From assembly GCA_947626095.1 (NCBI GenBank), contig CANQQV010000001.1, forward strand, positions 32,001 to 96,000: DNA of 64,000 bases, read 5' to 3'. The position numbers and the translations under genes are program-made. Source of the DNA: an uncultured Bacilli bacterium (lineage in GTDB: Bacteria; Bacillota_I; Bacilli_A; RF39; UBA660). The stretch's first letter is position 1; every line of letters begins with the position of its first letter. This document shows, one piece after another, positions 39,274 to 49,481 of the stretch. The notes under the pieces were generated by a model that was not told the origin of the DNA, did no database searches, and saw nothing but the letters and a program-made list of their open reading frames with translations.

Positions 39274-39765
39274 CTATAATACAGATATATTATAAGTAAA
39301 GAATGAATTAGTAGCTGAATTTGGATCACCAGCAATTCTCATCAACAAGAACTTTAAATAAAGCTCAACTCCAGAGTCTCCAGCACTATCCAAATTTCCA
39401 TTATCATTTGTAACTACATCACAGCTCAATATTTTTAACCCACTAAATGGACATGTATATGTCCTAGCAAGTTCATCATCGTTTGGATAAACATCTTGCT
39501 CATACAAATAACTAAACAATCTCCTATTGTTATTTGCAACAAAAGTTGAAGGAAGACTAGCTTTATACTTAATATCAGCAGAAACCATATGACCTGTAAC
39601 ACTTGAGCTACTTGGCGAAGTCAAATCATACTTCTCTGTACTATAAAATGAACCAGCTGTTAACTTAGGTCCATTAATTACACCTGTTGAAGATTTTGCA
39701 CAAACGTTTTTAACACCTAAAACAATTGTTAAAATCAAAAACATAATAACTAATGATTTCTTCAT
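39274..39765 (-). CDS. Hypothetical secreted protein
   Basis: Signal peptide ending VCA; AGGAGG RBS. Confidence 0.75.
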   Translation of the reverse strand: MKKSLVIMFLILTIVLGVKNVCAKSSTGVINGPKLTAGSFYSTEKYDLTSPSSSSVTGHMVSADIKYKASLPSTFVANNNRRLFSYLYEQDVYPNDDELARTYTCPFSGLKILSCDVVTNDNGNLDSAGDSGVELYLKFLLMRIAGDPNSATNSFFTYNISVL

Positions 39766-39829
39766 TTTTTACCTCCTTTCTTCTAATATTTTATTAAATC
39801 TAAAAATAGAATTAATAACCAAATTACAA

Positions 39830-40543
39830 TTATATATATACACCTTTCATTTGATCAAAAAAATTTAGAATTGTTGTATTATCAAACAAGAATACACCTC
39901 CAGCACCTTCTGATGAGATAGTATATCTTTTGCTAATCGATAAAGATATAGTATTTACAGCATGTTGATAACTTGCATAAACTGTTCCGCCTTTAGAAAC
40001 ACGAAAATATTGAGTAATATGCATATCATCGCCATTTGGTATTAATTTAACAGATACTCCAAATCCATTAGAAAAATTAACCATTTCAGTAGAGCGTAAA
40101 AAATCTGTAGAATTAGAAACATATGTTACAGGAGTAGAAGTCAAACTTGTATTTACAAAACGTGCTCCAATTAAATCATAACTACGCACAACAGGTGTTT
40201 TAAGCCAGTCGACAACAACAGTTACTAAACAGTCAGTGGAACAAGAACTTGCTATTTTTATTGTTTTACTACTAGTTGTATGAGAAGTATCTAATAGAGC
40301 ATAACTACTATTTGTTGTTATTTTACTATTACTTATATCATCCGAAAAAATATTTATATAATCTTCCTTATTTAACAAATTTTGAAATCCCTCATAAAAA
40401 ACTTCACTTATAAATTCGTACTCTTCCTTTGTTAAAACAACTCCATTCTCGTTAGTGTAATAAATCTGGGCATTCACTTTTAACGTAAAAATCATAACTA
40501 ATAAATATAACAAAAACCAACACTTTTTTCTCATAACATTCAC
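39830..40543 (-). CDS. Hypothetical secreted protein
   Basis: Signal peptide ending VNA; YYTNENGVVLT N-terminal region and beta-rich C-terminal domain. Confidence 0.75.
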   Translation of the reverse strand: MNVMRKKCWFLLYLLVMIFTLKVNAQIYYTNENGVVLTKEEYEFISEVFYEGFQNLLNKEDYINIFSDDISNSKITTNSSYALLDTSHTTSSKTIKIASSCSTDCLVTVVVDWLKTPVVRSYDLIGARFVNTSLTSTPVTYVSNSTDFLRSTEMVNFSNGFGVSVKLIPNGDDMHITQYFRVSKGGTVYASYQHAVNTISLSISKRYTISSEGAGGVFLFDNTTILNFFDQMKGVYI

Positions 40544-40584
40544 CTCATTAAAATCACAATACCATACCCATCTCCAAGAATAAA

Positions 40585-40633
40585 GTGAATTAAATTCACG
40601 TTAGCTTTTATAGTATCAGTGATTTTAGTTCAC
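40585..40633. promoter_or_regulatory. Two 15-bp GTGA-N7-TCAC palindromes (candidate operators)
   Basis: GTGAATTAAATTCAC at 40585-40599 and GTGATTTTAGTTCAC at 40619-40633, between the XRE gene and the secreted-protein operon. Confidence 0.45.
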
Positions 40634-40650
40634 AAAAAAATAGTGCTTTA

Positions 40651-41769
40651 CTAAGCACTATTCACAGCATTGTTTATAAGGTCAATAAAATAATTAGTTT
40701 TCTCTTTCATACTTTTTTCACTGCCACATTGTCCACTTTTGCAAATATATGTTTTATTATAATCAAAACTATATTTTTTATCACTATAATTATTATATGT
40801 TAAAGTATTATAATTATAAAAATAGTAAAAATCTTCAACAGCTTGAGTACCATTATAAACAACAACATTAACAGTTCTTTCTGATAAAATATAAACAATT
40901 TCAATATTCATATTGTCCTTTTTTAAATGGTAATAATAGTAACCTTTGTTTAATTCATCAAATTTTAATTTCATTTTCTCTTCAACATCTAGTAAATCAT
41001 CAGTTTTTTCTTTATTAGTATCGTTACTTGTTGAATCTACCGCTACTTTTGGTTTCTTTGAAAAAAACAAACTATCATTAACATAATCTTCAGTAAAAGA
41101 TAACTTAAAAATTTCATTTGTGTCGTTATAGTAAATTTTAACATACATATTTTCTATAATAGAATTAATATTATTCATATCAAAGTATTCTTCATATCCA
41201 ACTTTATCAAATAAAAGAATATTTTCATCATAACTTGATACTAAAATTGTTTGTTCATCATCTAAAGTATAATATACTTCAACTTTTTCAATTTTATTAG
41301 TTTTATCATAATTCAAACATGAAACATTTCCAAGATTAAAATAAACCTTTTCTTTTGTAATAACAAAAAGTCCACTATTTATTTCAAAATTATCACCTTT
41401 ACCATGTACAGTATATATATTAATTGATTTGTATAAATTAATAAAATAATATGAAAAAAATAAAAGAAGTGAAAGAATCAAAAGCGTAACTAAAATCGTA
41501 ATTCTTTTTTTCAAAATAAAACGTTCATTATAAAGCTTTAAGGTGATATTTTCCTTAGGCATCCTTTCGCCAGCAAGTAGTTCATCTATATTTACTGAAA
41601 AAATTTCCGAAAGTTTTTGCAAAGAAGATATATCTGGTAAACTTTTTCCATTCTCCCATTTACTAATAGCTTCTCTACCTAAAGGTATTTTAGAAGCTAA
41701 TTGCTCCTGTGTCCATTTTTTCTCTTCTCTTAGTTTTTTTATAAACTTACCAGTATTATCAAAATTCAT
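40651..41769 (-). CDS. Membrane-tethered XRE-family HTH regulator
   Basis: WTQEQLASKIPLGREAISKWENGKSLPD HTH, one TM, extracellular domain similar to that of 62201..63397. Confidence 0.85.
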   Translation of the reverse strand: MNFDNTGKFIKKLREEKKWTQEQLASKIPLGREAISKWENGKSLPDISSLQKLSEIFSVNIDELLAGERMPKENITLKLYNERFILKKRITILVTLLILSLLLFFSYYFINLYKSINIYTVHGKGDNFEINSGLFVITKEKVYFNLGNVSCLNYDKTNKIEKVEVYYTLDDEQTILVSSYDENILLFDKVGYEEYFDMNNINSIIENMYVKIYYNDTNEIFKLSFTEDYVNDSLFFSKKPKVAVDSTSNDTNKEKTDDLLDVEEKMKLKFDELNKGYYYYHLKKDNMNIEIVYILSERTVNVVVYNGTQAVEDFYYFYNYNTLTYNNYSDKKYSFDYNKTYICKSGQCGSEKSMKEKTNYFIDLINNAVNSA

Positions 41770-41880
41770 ATAAGCACCTCAATTTACATAGTTAGTATTA
41801 TATCACTAAAAAATTAAAAAACATCACCTCATAATTAAATATTACATGTTATAATTATTAAAATAAGAGAGTGTGATTTT

Positions 41881-43284
41881 ATGAATAATAACAATAATAA
41901 TCAAAATTCTAATAATCAAATAGGTTCTACTCCACCACCAGACTTTAATACAATCTTTGGTATTGCACCAGAACCCGAAACACCACAACCTGTTCAAACA
42001 GCAGAAACTCTAGAACCAAGTCCATCACAAAATAAATTTTTTCAAACAGCACCTACAAATAATAACAACCAAGTACCAAACAACGCAACTTTAAATCAAT
42101 CAATTGAACCACCAATTAATAATTCTATTACCCCACCTACAGAAAATTATAATCAAACACTGCCAAGCAATAGTGATTCTAACAATCTTTCAAACCCAAC
42201 TACAAATAACATCAATAACATGCCATCTAATACAATCGAATATCAAACTGATTACATCGACGATGATATATTGTTAAGAGCATATATAGGTAATAACTAT
42301 GAAAAAATAACAACGCAACCTTTTAATATAGCCGGTTTCTTTTTTACAGGTCTCTATATGTTCTATCGTAAAATGTTTCTATATGCTTTAATATTTATTA
42401 TTGTAAATACGGCCATAACAGCAATAATAAATTCATCTATTATTTCTTTAATAATGTGTGGCCTAGTTGGTTTATTCATTAACAAAATATATATATCATT
42501 TGCTAAACAAAAAATAGCAAAAATAAAAGCTACTAACCCAAACAGTACTCAAGAAGAATTAAGAGCGATTTGTACTAGTAAAGGTGGTACAAGTATTTTA
42601 AATATTTTCTTAGGTATATTTACCGAAATAATAATTGCTATTATAATCATAATAATATCTGCTTTACTTGGTTTTAGTAGTATTTTAAAGGATTTTGTTA
42701 ATCCATTTAATTGGAATGTTACCCACGAAGATAGTAATCAAAATAATGATACAGGAACTTTAATTGAAGACGTTACTATTGGTGGTTATATATGTTCTGA
42801 TAGTGATTGTACTATTACTATTACTGACAAAAACAACAACTCAACTGATTACATGATGAAATCAATTGATACTGATTATATTGAACTATTAGAAAGCTAT
42901 AATGAATATATTAAAATAAATATCTATTATAAAGAAAAAAATATTACAAGCATTAAGGTATATGTAAAAGAAAGTAATGAAGATATAAGTAGTATTAAAG
43001 ATGAAAATTCATTAAGAGGAAAATTAGGTTTATACACTCTAGGAACTCATACAGATACTTTTACGTTAACTAAAATTGGATTACCAGGTGCAGGCTTTAA
43101 TAATAATAGTTCATATACATATAACAGTTATACATTTACTGACAGTAAAAATAGTCAGTATGAAATGAAATACATTAATCCACCAAGTAAGTTAAAATTA
43201 AAAGAAGGTCAAAAATATACAGTTACCTTTGAAGTCATAGAAGGAACATTTGATGTTGAATATAATATAAAATCAATAAAATAA
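41881..43284 (+). CDS. DUF2628-like membrane protein with N/P/Q-rich N-terminus
   Basis: FNIAGFFFTGLYMFYRKM..NKIY..KGGTS motif set. Confidence 0.7.
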   Translation: MNNNNNNQNSNNQIGSTPPPDFNTIFGIAPEPETPQPVQTAETLEPSPSQNKFFQTAPTNNNNQVPNNATLNQSIEPPINNSITPPTENYNQTLPSNSDSNNLSNPTTNNINNMPSNTIEYQTDYIDDDILLRAYIGNNYEKITTQPFNIAGFFFTGLYMFYRKMFLYALIFIIVNTAITAIINSSIISLIMCGLVGLFINKIYISFAKQKIAKIKATNPNSTQEELRAICTSKGGTSILNIFLGIFTEIIIAIIIIIISALLGFSSILKDFVNPFNWNVTHEDSNQNNDTGTLIEDVTIGGYICSDSDCTITITDKNNNSTDYMMKSIDTDYIELLESYNEYIKINIYYKEKNITSIKVYVKESNEDISSIKDENSLRGKLGLYTLGTHTDTFTLTKIGLPGAGFNNNSSYTYNSYTFTDSKNSQYEMKYINPPSKLKLKEGQKYTVTFEVIEGTFDVEYNIKSIK

Positions 43285-43317
43285 AAACTTACAAACAATA
43301 ATGTTTGTAAGTTTTTT
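43285..43317. terminator. Bidirectional intrinsic terminator
   Basis: AAAACTTACAAACA-ATAA-TGTTTGTAAGTTTT. Confidence 0.7.
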
Positions 43318-43462
43318 ATACCCTTATTAGAAGAAATAACAAATAATAAAAGCTAAATATATGTATGTTACTCGTATGTTATTGAAATGATTTCAAACGA
43401 TATTTACAAAAAAGCAAAAGAAAACAAACCCAGTAAATAGAAGGGTTTGTTAAAAATCTATA

Positions 43463-43536
43463 TGGAGGGGCCTACCGGATTCGAACCGGTGCTCAGGGAG
43501 TTGCAGTCCCTTGCCTTACCGCTTGGCTAAAGCCCC
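43463..43536 (-). tRNA. tRNA-Cys (GCA)
   Basis: GGGGCTTTAGCCAAGCGGTAAGGCAAGGGACTGCAACTCCCTGAGCACCGGTTCGAATCCGGTAGGCCCCTCCA: cloverleaf, anticodon GCA, TTCGAATC T-loop, encoded CCA. Confidence 0.95.
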
Positions 43537-43596
43537 ATCATGACATGTCCTAAGACATGTCTTAATTTTATAATAATGATCTTTAAAAGTCAATTA

Positions 43597-45213
43597 TTAT
43601 TTAACTTCTATTGTATATATTTTATTTCTTATTTTAACTATCATATCTATTTCTACAGACTTAGTTATTGTCCCCGAAACCTCATATACTTTAACATCCT
43701 TTAAAGCACTCGGTGTAACATTTTTCATTACTGTTACATTATATTTATCACTACCCAATTCAACTCCTGAAGTAGGTTGATACTTATAACTTAATGTTGC
43801 AAAATCTTTATAAAAATCTTTTGTTCCATTTTTATAATAATCAGAAGATTCATCCCATTTTATTTCATCTTCAATTATTACTAACGCATTACCAGCTGAT
43901 GGTACAATCGTTCCTGTTGCATTAGTACATTTCTTTCCTTCGCAATTTTGTGAATTATAAGTATAATAATTAACAACTTTTAAACTATTTAATTTATATA
44001 TAGTATCACCAATCATCGAAGTTTTAAATGATACCTCAGAACCTAATTTTATAGTTCCTTTATTTGTTTCAGTTTTTAATAATTTCGTAGGTTTAATGTT
44101 AATCTTTTTATATCTTTTAATTAATTTATTACCCTTAGCACTTAATCCATTAAGAATTCTCATCTGATAAGAATTCTTTATTTGATCTTTAGTTAACTCA
44201 TAAACTAAAACATACTCACCACCAGGATAATCTTTAACATTAGGTATTATTTCTCCTTGATATATTTTACCAACATCTATAAATCTTGATGCTCTATCAT
44301 AACTAGGATATAGCGACTCATTATCTAAGAATATTCTAAAGTTAGAACTATTAATACTAGCAGCTCTACCATTATTAATAATTCCCAGTTTAATAGCTAA
44401 AAAATACTTACCTTCAGCAATTACTCTACCACTATAATCAGTATCAGTTAAATAACTATCTTTTAATGATATTGTAAAGTTTTCCATACTCAATTCTTGA
44501 TTTATCGAATAAGTTTTATTATATACTTGAAAATTCCATACTAAGGATGTAATAATCGCTATTGTAGCTACAACAGCAAAACAAGTAAATACAAATTTAT
44601 TCTCTAATACATAATATTTTAATTCTCTAAATAAATGAACTACATTCTTCTTTAAACTATTATCTTCACTACCTATACGTAATTCAATATTCTCATCATC
44701 TTTTTCATTAATTATTAACTCAGCGTTATTATCAAATCTTAATGTTCTAACATTAAAACCTGCTCCTTTAGCTAGCCCAACAACAAAGAAAAAATATGAA
44801 GGCAACGGACATAAATTAGCACAGTCTCGAACAAAATTAGCAAACGTCTGATCCAATGCTTGCAATTGCATATTTTCCATTGTAACTCTAAAAAATAAAG
44901 CAAAAAATAGTAAAATAATATAGTATCCCATTGCTGTTAAAAAGTATAAAACTCTCTTCTTTTTCGACAAACAAATAAAATATAATGCCCCATTAATTAT
45001 TATCATGAGGAATAATACTAAAAAGGTTAAAGTTGTAACATATTTTACCGCATAATCTGTTTCTGGGGTTGTATAATTAGCTTTAACAAAATCTCTAAAG
45101 AAACCACCAATATCACCAAACTTAAAGGCAATATATAGTAATGGAACTAGTAATAATAAGTTTATTATCTTATAATGCTTAGCTATAAAACCATAAGGAT
45201 TTCTTATTATCAT
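43597..45213 (-). CDS. Hypothetical membrane protein (multi-TM N-terminus, extracellular Ig-like C-terminus)
   Basis: About 5 TMs then beta-rich domains (YFLAIKLGIINNG); GGAGGGG RBS. Confidence 0.7.
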   Translation of the reverse strand: MIIRNPYGFIAKHYKIINLLLLVPLLYIAFKFGDIGGFFRDFVKANYTTPETDYAVKYVTTLTFLVLFLMIIINGALYFICLSKKKRVLYFLTAMGYYIILLFFALFFRVTMENMQLQALDQTFANFVRDCANLCPLPSYFFFVVGLAKGAGFNVRTLRFDNNAELIINEKDDENIELRIGSEDNSLKKNVVHLFRELKYYVLENKFVFTCFAVVATIAIITSLVWNFQVYNKTYSINQELSMENFTISLKDSYLTDTDYSGRVIAEGKYFLAIKLGIINNGRAASINSSNFRIFLDNESLYPSYDRASRFIDVGKIYQGEIIPNVKDYPGGEYVLVYELTKDQIKNSYQMRILNGLSAKGNKLIKRYKKINIKPTKLLKTETNKGTIKLGSEVSFKTSMIGDTIYKLNSLKVVNYYTYNSQNCEGKKCTNATGTIVPSAGNALVIIEDEIKWDESSDYYKNGTKDFYKDFATLSYKYQPTSGVELGSDKYNVTVMKNVTPSALKDVKVYEVSGTITKSVEIDMIVKIRNKIYTIEVK

Positions 45214-45285
45214 TTAAAGCCCCTCCTACTCTATTAATAATTATATCATATTTTATATCAAGAAAAAAATATGATTACTCATATT

Positions 45286-45735
45286 TTAATTCTTTTTAAC
45301 TAATAATTGACCAGGTAATAAGTAAATTGTTTCATTAATATCTATTATCTTATCTTTAGGTTCATTAAACTTTTCACTTACTATATCTAAAGTATCTCCC
45401 TCTTTAGTAACATAATAACTATAATTACTTTTAGGAATTAATATCTCTTGATCAGGATATATATAATCTTGACTATCTAACCCATTTAATATTGCTAATA
45501 ATTCTGGATTTATATTATATTGTCGTCCTATTGCATATAAAGAATCTCCCTTTTTTATTGTATAATATTCAAAGTATTTTTCTTTATTAATAGGTACTAT
45601 TATCTCTTTGCCTTCTCTTATCATATCAGGAAAAGGTATATTATTTAAATCCATTATAATACTTTCTTTCGTATTAAACTTTTTCGCAATACTACTTATA
45701 TCATCACCAGGTTGTATTAGGTATTTATCATACAT
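45286..45735 (-). CDS. Tandem LysM-domain protein without signal peptide (spore coat/cortex-associated type)
   Basis: Three LysM repeats (YLIQPGDD, YTIKKGDSLYAIG, YVTKEGDTL). Confidence 0.85.
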   Translation of the reverse strand: MYDKYLIQPGDDISSIAKKFNTKESIIMDLNNIPFPDMIREGKEIIVPINKEKYFEYYTIKKGDSLYAIGRQYNINPELLAILNGLDSQDYIYPDQEILIPKSNYSYYVTKEGDTLDIVSEKFNEPKDKIIDINETIYLLPGQLLVKKN

Positions 45736-45773
45736 AAAATCACTCCTAATATAACTTATGACTAATTTTAAAT

Positions 45774-46913
45774 TTAGTTATTAATAAATATTAAATTTTG
45801 ATAATTAAATTCCCACTCACTATATTCTACTAATTTAACTTCACCTTGTTTAATATTATATTTATATAAAGTATTATCTACTAAGTAATATATACTATCA
45901 TCACTTGTATATACAACATACCTTATATCATTATCAGATACCTTTATTTTATAATCTTTATTCCAGTAATATAAATATAACTTATTATCTTCTACTATAT
46001 AATTATAATTTGTTTTATAAGTAAAACTTTTATTATCCGTTACTAATGACTTAATATTTATTTTTTCTTCTTCCCCATTCTTATATATAACGCCATTCTT
46101 ATTTTTTGAAGCTAATATACGCATTTTCTTTTTATGAGGAACTAACTCATATTCTATACCATTCTTTTTATCAACTAAATAAATCGATTTATCATTAATA
46201 CCTAATATATAACTATCATATGAAATAGTATATTTCATCTTCCAAGTATTAACTTTTAAATCATCTAAATCAATAATATATACTCTATTAAATTCATATT
46301 CTTGTTCATAATCAGGTACTACTAAATAATTATTTATCTTTGTTGCTAAAGGTATATCATATATATCTTTATCAAATAATTTAATAAATTCTACATCACT
46401 ACCATTTAAATAATTAAAGCCTTTATAATTCCATATTAAAACATTATTACTAGTATTATATATTTTATAGTTTTTATAAGCATCATCTTTAATAACTGGT
46501 TTATCATAATAATCTTTTAATTCTTCTTGTAACTCACTATTAACTAAATAAAATGATATTTGCTCATTTTCATAACTACATAATGGCATCGAACTAATAC
46601 TTGTACTATCTATTTCTAAACACGTATACCCATCTTTTTCATGTTTTTTAATATCTTTTATTAACTTCTTATCTTTTTGAAAATCTGTTTCACTTACAAA
46701 TGTATATTTCATCCCATTATCAGTTATTTCATAATAATACAACTTGTTATCTTTATCATAGTTTTCATTAATTCCATAGTTATCAATATTATATTCTAAA
46801 CTATAAGACTTACTATCAAATAAAGATACAATAAACCATATCAGTGCTATTATAGCAATTAAGATTAAAATCAGAACGATTTTAGCACTCTTTTTTAATC
46901 TATACCTTGTCAT
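45774..46913 (-). CDS. Hypothetical membrane-anchored extracellular protein
   Basis: Basic N-terminus plus TM, Tyr-rich beta-repeat domain. Confidence 0.7.
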   Translation of the reverse strand: MTRYRLKKSAKIVLILILIAIIALIWFIVSLFDSKSYSLEYNIDNYGINENYDKDNKLYYYEITDNGMKYTFVSETDFQKDKKLIKDIKKHEKDGYTCLEIDSTSISSMPLCSYENEQISFYLVNSELQEELKDYYDKPVIKDDAYKNYKIYNTSNNVLIWNYKGFNYLNGSDVEFIKLFDKDIYDIPLATKINNYLVVPDYEQEYEFNRVYIIDLDDLKVNTWKMKYTISYDSYILGINDKSIYLVDKKNGIEYELVPHKKKMRILASKNKNGVIYKNGEEEKINIKSLVTDNKSFTYKTNYNYIVEDNKLYLYYWNKDYKIKVSDNDIRYVVYTSDDSIYYLVDNTLYKYNIKQGEVKLVEYSEWEFNYQNLIFINN

Positions 46914-46926
46914 ATTCTAACTCCAA

Positions 46927-47376
46927 TTATTCAGGTACTCTATTAAAAGATCCATACTTTTTCTTTTCTTTCATCATATATTCTGTAATAGCTGTTTCTA
47001 CTTCTGGTAAACAATTCTTATCTAAGTTAGTAATAACTACTACTTCTTTAATCGTATCAATAGTTATTTTACCAAATAACAATCCTCTAAATACTTGCAT
47101 ATCATTATATAAATCAGGCGTAATTGAATTTAATGAATAACCATAAAGAATATGATCTTGCCCAATTAAAATACGTTTATTAGTTAAACATACAACACAA
47201 GTTGAAAAAACATCTAACATATCATCATTCTTTTGTCCAGCAAAGGTATAAATTGGTTCTTCTCCTGGATTTAAATGTTGTTCTACTACTTTAGCATGTT
47301 TTCTAAGTCTCCACCATGTAATAGTTCTTGGAAACTTTGCCTTAAACATACATACTTGATCATATACTTTTCCCAT
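46927..47376 (-). CDS. Bacterial PH-domain protein
   Basis: LNPGEEP..VVCLTNKRILI..GLLFGKITID bPH pattern. Confidence 0.7.
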   Translation of the reverse strand: MGKVYDQVCMFKAKFPRTITWWRLRKHAKVVEQHLNPGEEPIYTFAGQKNDDMLDVFSTCVVCLTNKRILIGQDHILYGYSLNSITPDLYNDMQVFRGLLFGKITIDTIKEVVVITNLDKNCLPEVETAITEYMMKEKKKYGSFNRVPE

Positions 47377-47378
47377 TT

Positions 47379-47891
47379 TTATTCACCTATTCCTTTTTCT
47401 AATATATTTAAATATTCATTTTCAAATGTGGTTAAAGCTAATATCTTACTATCTCTTATTGTTACTATATAATTACTCTTTAATGTTCTAAATCTATCAT
47501 CCAACCCATAAAAATCTATTTCATTTTTAGTTGACAACTTACTTGTTTCTAATAAATATATATTTATTCCATTGTAATAAGCTAACTTATTAACTACTTC
47601 TAAATACTTATTATAAGTATTTGACGAATTATCAATAATTGCCACTATTCTTACTTTATCATCTTTATAATATTTTTTAAACTTACTATAACCAATTTTT
47701 ATATAATACTCTTTTTCTTTATCATAAGGTCCTTCTACCTTTTCATAAACATATTCTTCATTAGTTACTACATTTTTATTCTTATAACTTTTTCTAATAA
47801 AGTATATATTAGTCATAACAAGAACTAAGATAATTCCTATTAAAACAATAAATAGTATAGTGTCTTTTTTACTTTTAAACACCTTAACCAC
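47379..47891 (-). CDS. Hypothetical membrane-anchored protein (possible thioredoxin-like fold without CxxC)
   Basis: N-terminal TM; alpha/beta pattern; no catalytic motif. Confidence 0.6.
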   Translation of the reverse strand: MVKVFKSKKDTILFIVLIGIILVLVMTNIYFIRKSYKNKNVVTNEEYVYEKVEGPYDKEKEYYIKIGYSKFKKYYKDDKVRIVAIIDNSSNTYNKYLEVVNKLAYYNGINIYLLETSKLSTKNEIDFYGLDDRFRTLKSNYIVTIRDSKILALTTFENEYLNILEKGIGE

Positions 47892-47952
47892 CCTTTACTT
47901 ATGTTTATTTTATAATGATTTTCCCTTTATTGCAATAAAAAGGGAACTATCA

Positions 47953-49239
47953 CTAGCTCCTCATTTTAAGTATTATATATGCAACTCCAACTGCTATTCC
48001 GCATATCAATCCTACTATTGATATCAAAATAGAAGCTATCGTAAATCCTCCACTATCCTTTTCATTTTCAACTGTTAATTTAACACCATCACTATTTTCT
48101 TTCTTTTTATTAGCATTAATTGCATCTTTATGATCCTTAGGATTAATTGGATATTTCTTTTGTATTAAATCTAACTTTGTTGTAACTCTAACATTAAGAC
48201 TTTGAGTGGCCATCGTTCTTTCTACTTTATTAGCTCTTTGACCTTTTTCTTTCTTCGCTTCCATATCATCATAACTCTTAGCTACTTTATTTAAATTAGC
48301 TAATATCATATCTTCCAAAACAGAAGCATGAGCAATATCTGTATTGTTATAAATAATTCTACCAATCGCATCAGTATATAACTTCTTAGCATCTGCAACA
48401 GCTTGAGCTAATTTATTAATATCTTTTAAATACTTTTCATATAAAACATCCAATAAAGCATCTCTATCTATATATTTATTATTTAAAACATACTCATTAT
48501 TAGCAATTAACTCTTCTTTACCTAAATTACTATTTATAGATACTGGTGCAAAATAAGCATCTAACCATACTGGTTTACCATTATCATTAACTTTACTAAT
48601 CAAATAGTAATCAAATCCACGATATTTTTTACCAATTATATAATCAAACAAAATCATTCTTAAATAATTTTTTCTAATTGCTTTACCTGCTTTAGCATCT
48701 ATTGGTGTTCCCATTTGTAATTCAATTGTCTTATTTAATGAATATATGCCTAAATCAATTATATCAGCTATTTGTTCATGATCTTTAATACAATTTTCTT
48801 TTGAACCCGTAGGATATTTAAACACTTTATCAACCCATAATGCTTCCTCAGGATCAACTTGTTTATTATTAATAGCATTGACTATTGCATTAATTGTTGC
48901 TGTTCCTGAAATACGTGTTTCAATATCTTTACTATAATTTAATGTTGTAAAAGTCCCAATTGTTTGATCTTCTGTAACAATTCGTCTTGATTCTTCATGA
49001 TCGATATCAAATAACTCAGCTATATCTGCCTTAATAATTGCATAATCATCTATATACATCGTTTCTGGTTTTAAACTATTAACATTTAAAACCCCAAACG
49101 CCATATTATTTAATTGAACAAGTTTTGAACCATCTTTAAAACTATTAAACAATTCAATAGTTACTGGTTCTTCCTTGCGGATTCCATTATCTAAAGATAC
49201 TATATAATATTGTTCATTTTTATAGTCTTTCTCCATCAT
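47953..49239 (-). CDS. Membrane-anchored HipA/CtkA-like kinase-fold protein with degenerate catalytic motifs
   Basis: IKADIAELFDI, YLRMILFDYIIG and YFAPV resemble HipA-like motifs; C-terminal TM. Confidence 0.45.
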   Translation of the reverse strand: MMEKDYKNEQYYIVSLDNGIRKEEPVTIELFNSFKDGSKLVQLNNMAFGVLNVNSLKPETMYIDDYAIIKADIAELFDIDHEESRRIVTEDQTIGTFTTLNYSKDIETRISGTATINAIVNAINNKQVDPEEALWVDKVFKYPTGSKENCIKDHEQIADIIDLGIYSLNKTIELQMGTPIDAKAGKAIRKNYLRMILFDYIIGKKYRGFDYYLISKVNDNGKPVWLDAYFAPVSINSNLGKEELIANNEYVLNNKYIDRDALLDVLYEKYLKDINKLAQAVADAKKLYTDAIGRIIYNNTDIAHASVLEDMILANLNKVAKSYDDMEAKKEKGQRANKVERTMATQSLNVRVTTKLDLIQKKYPINPKDHKDAINANKKKENSDGVKLTVENEKDSGGFTIASILISIVGLICGIAVGVAYIILKMRS

Positions 49240-49481
49240 AACAGCTCCTTATTCTTATAACAAAATTATAGCAAATAATTATTAAATATGGTAGATATAA
49301 TTATTTAAAATATCATTTTACTCTCATAAATATAACTATTTATCTATTATACCGCTGAATGTAAAATAAGAATGTTACTTTTTTGTCAATTTTTTACTCG
49401 TTATTATAATTTATAATTATATTTAAAAATACTTCAATTTTTTATGTTATAATATTTCTATAATAGAAATGGGGTATTTTA

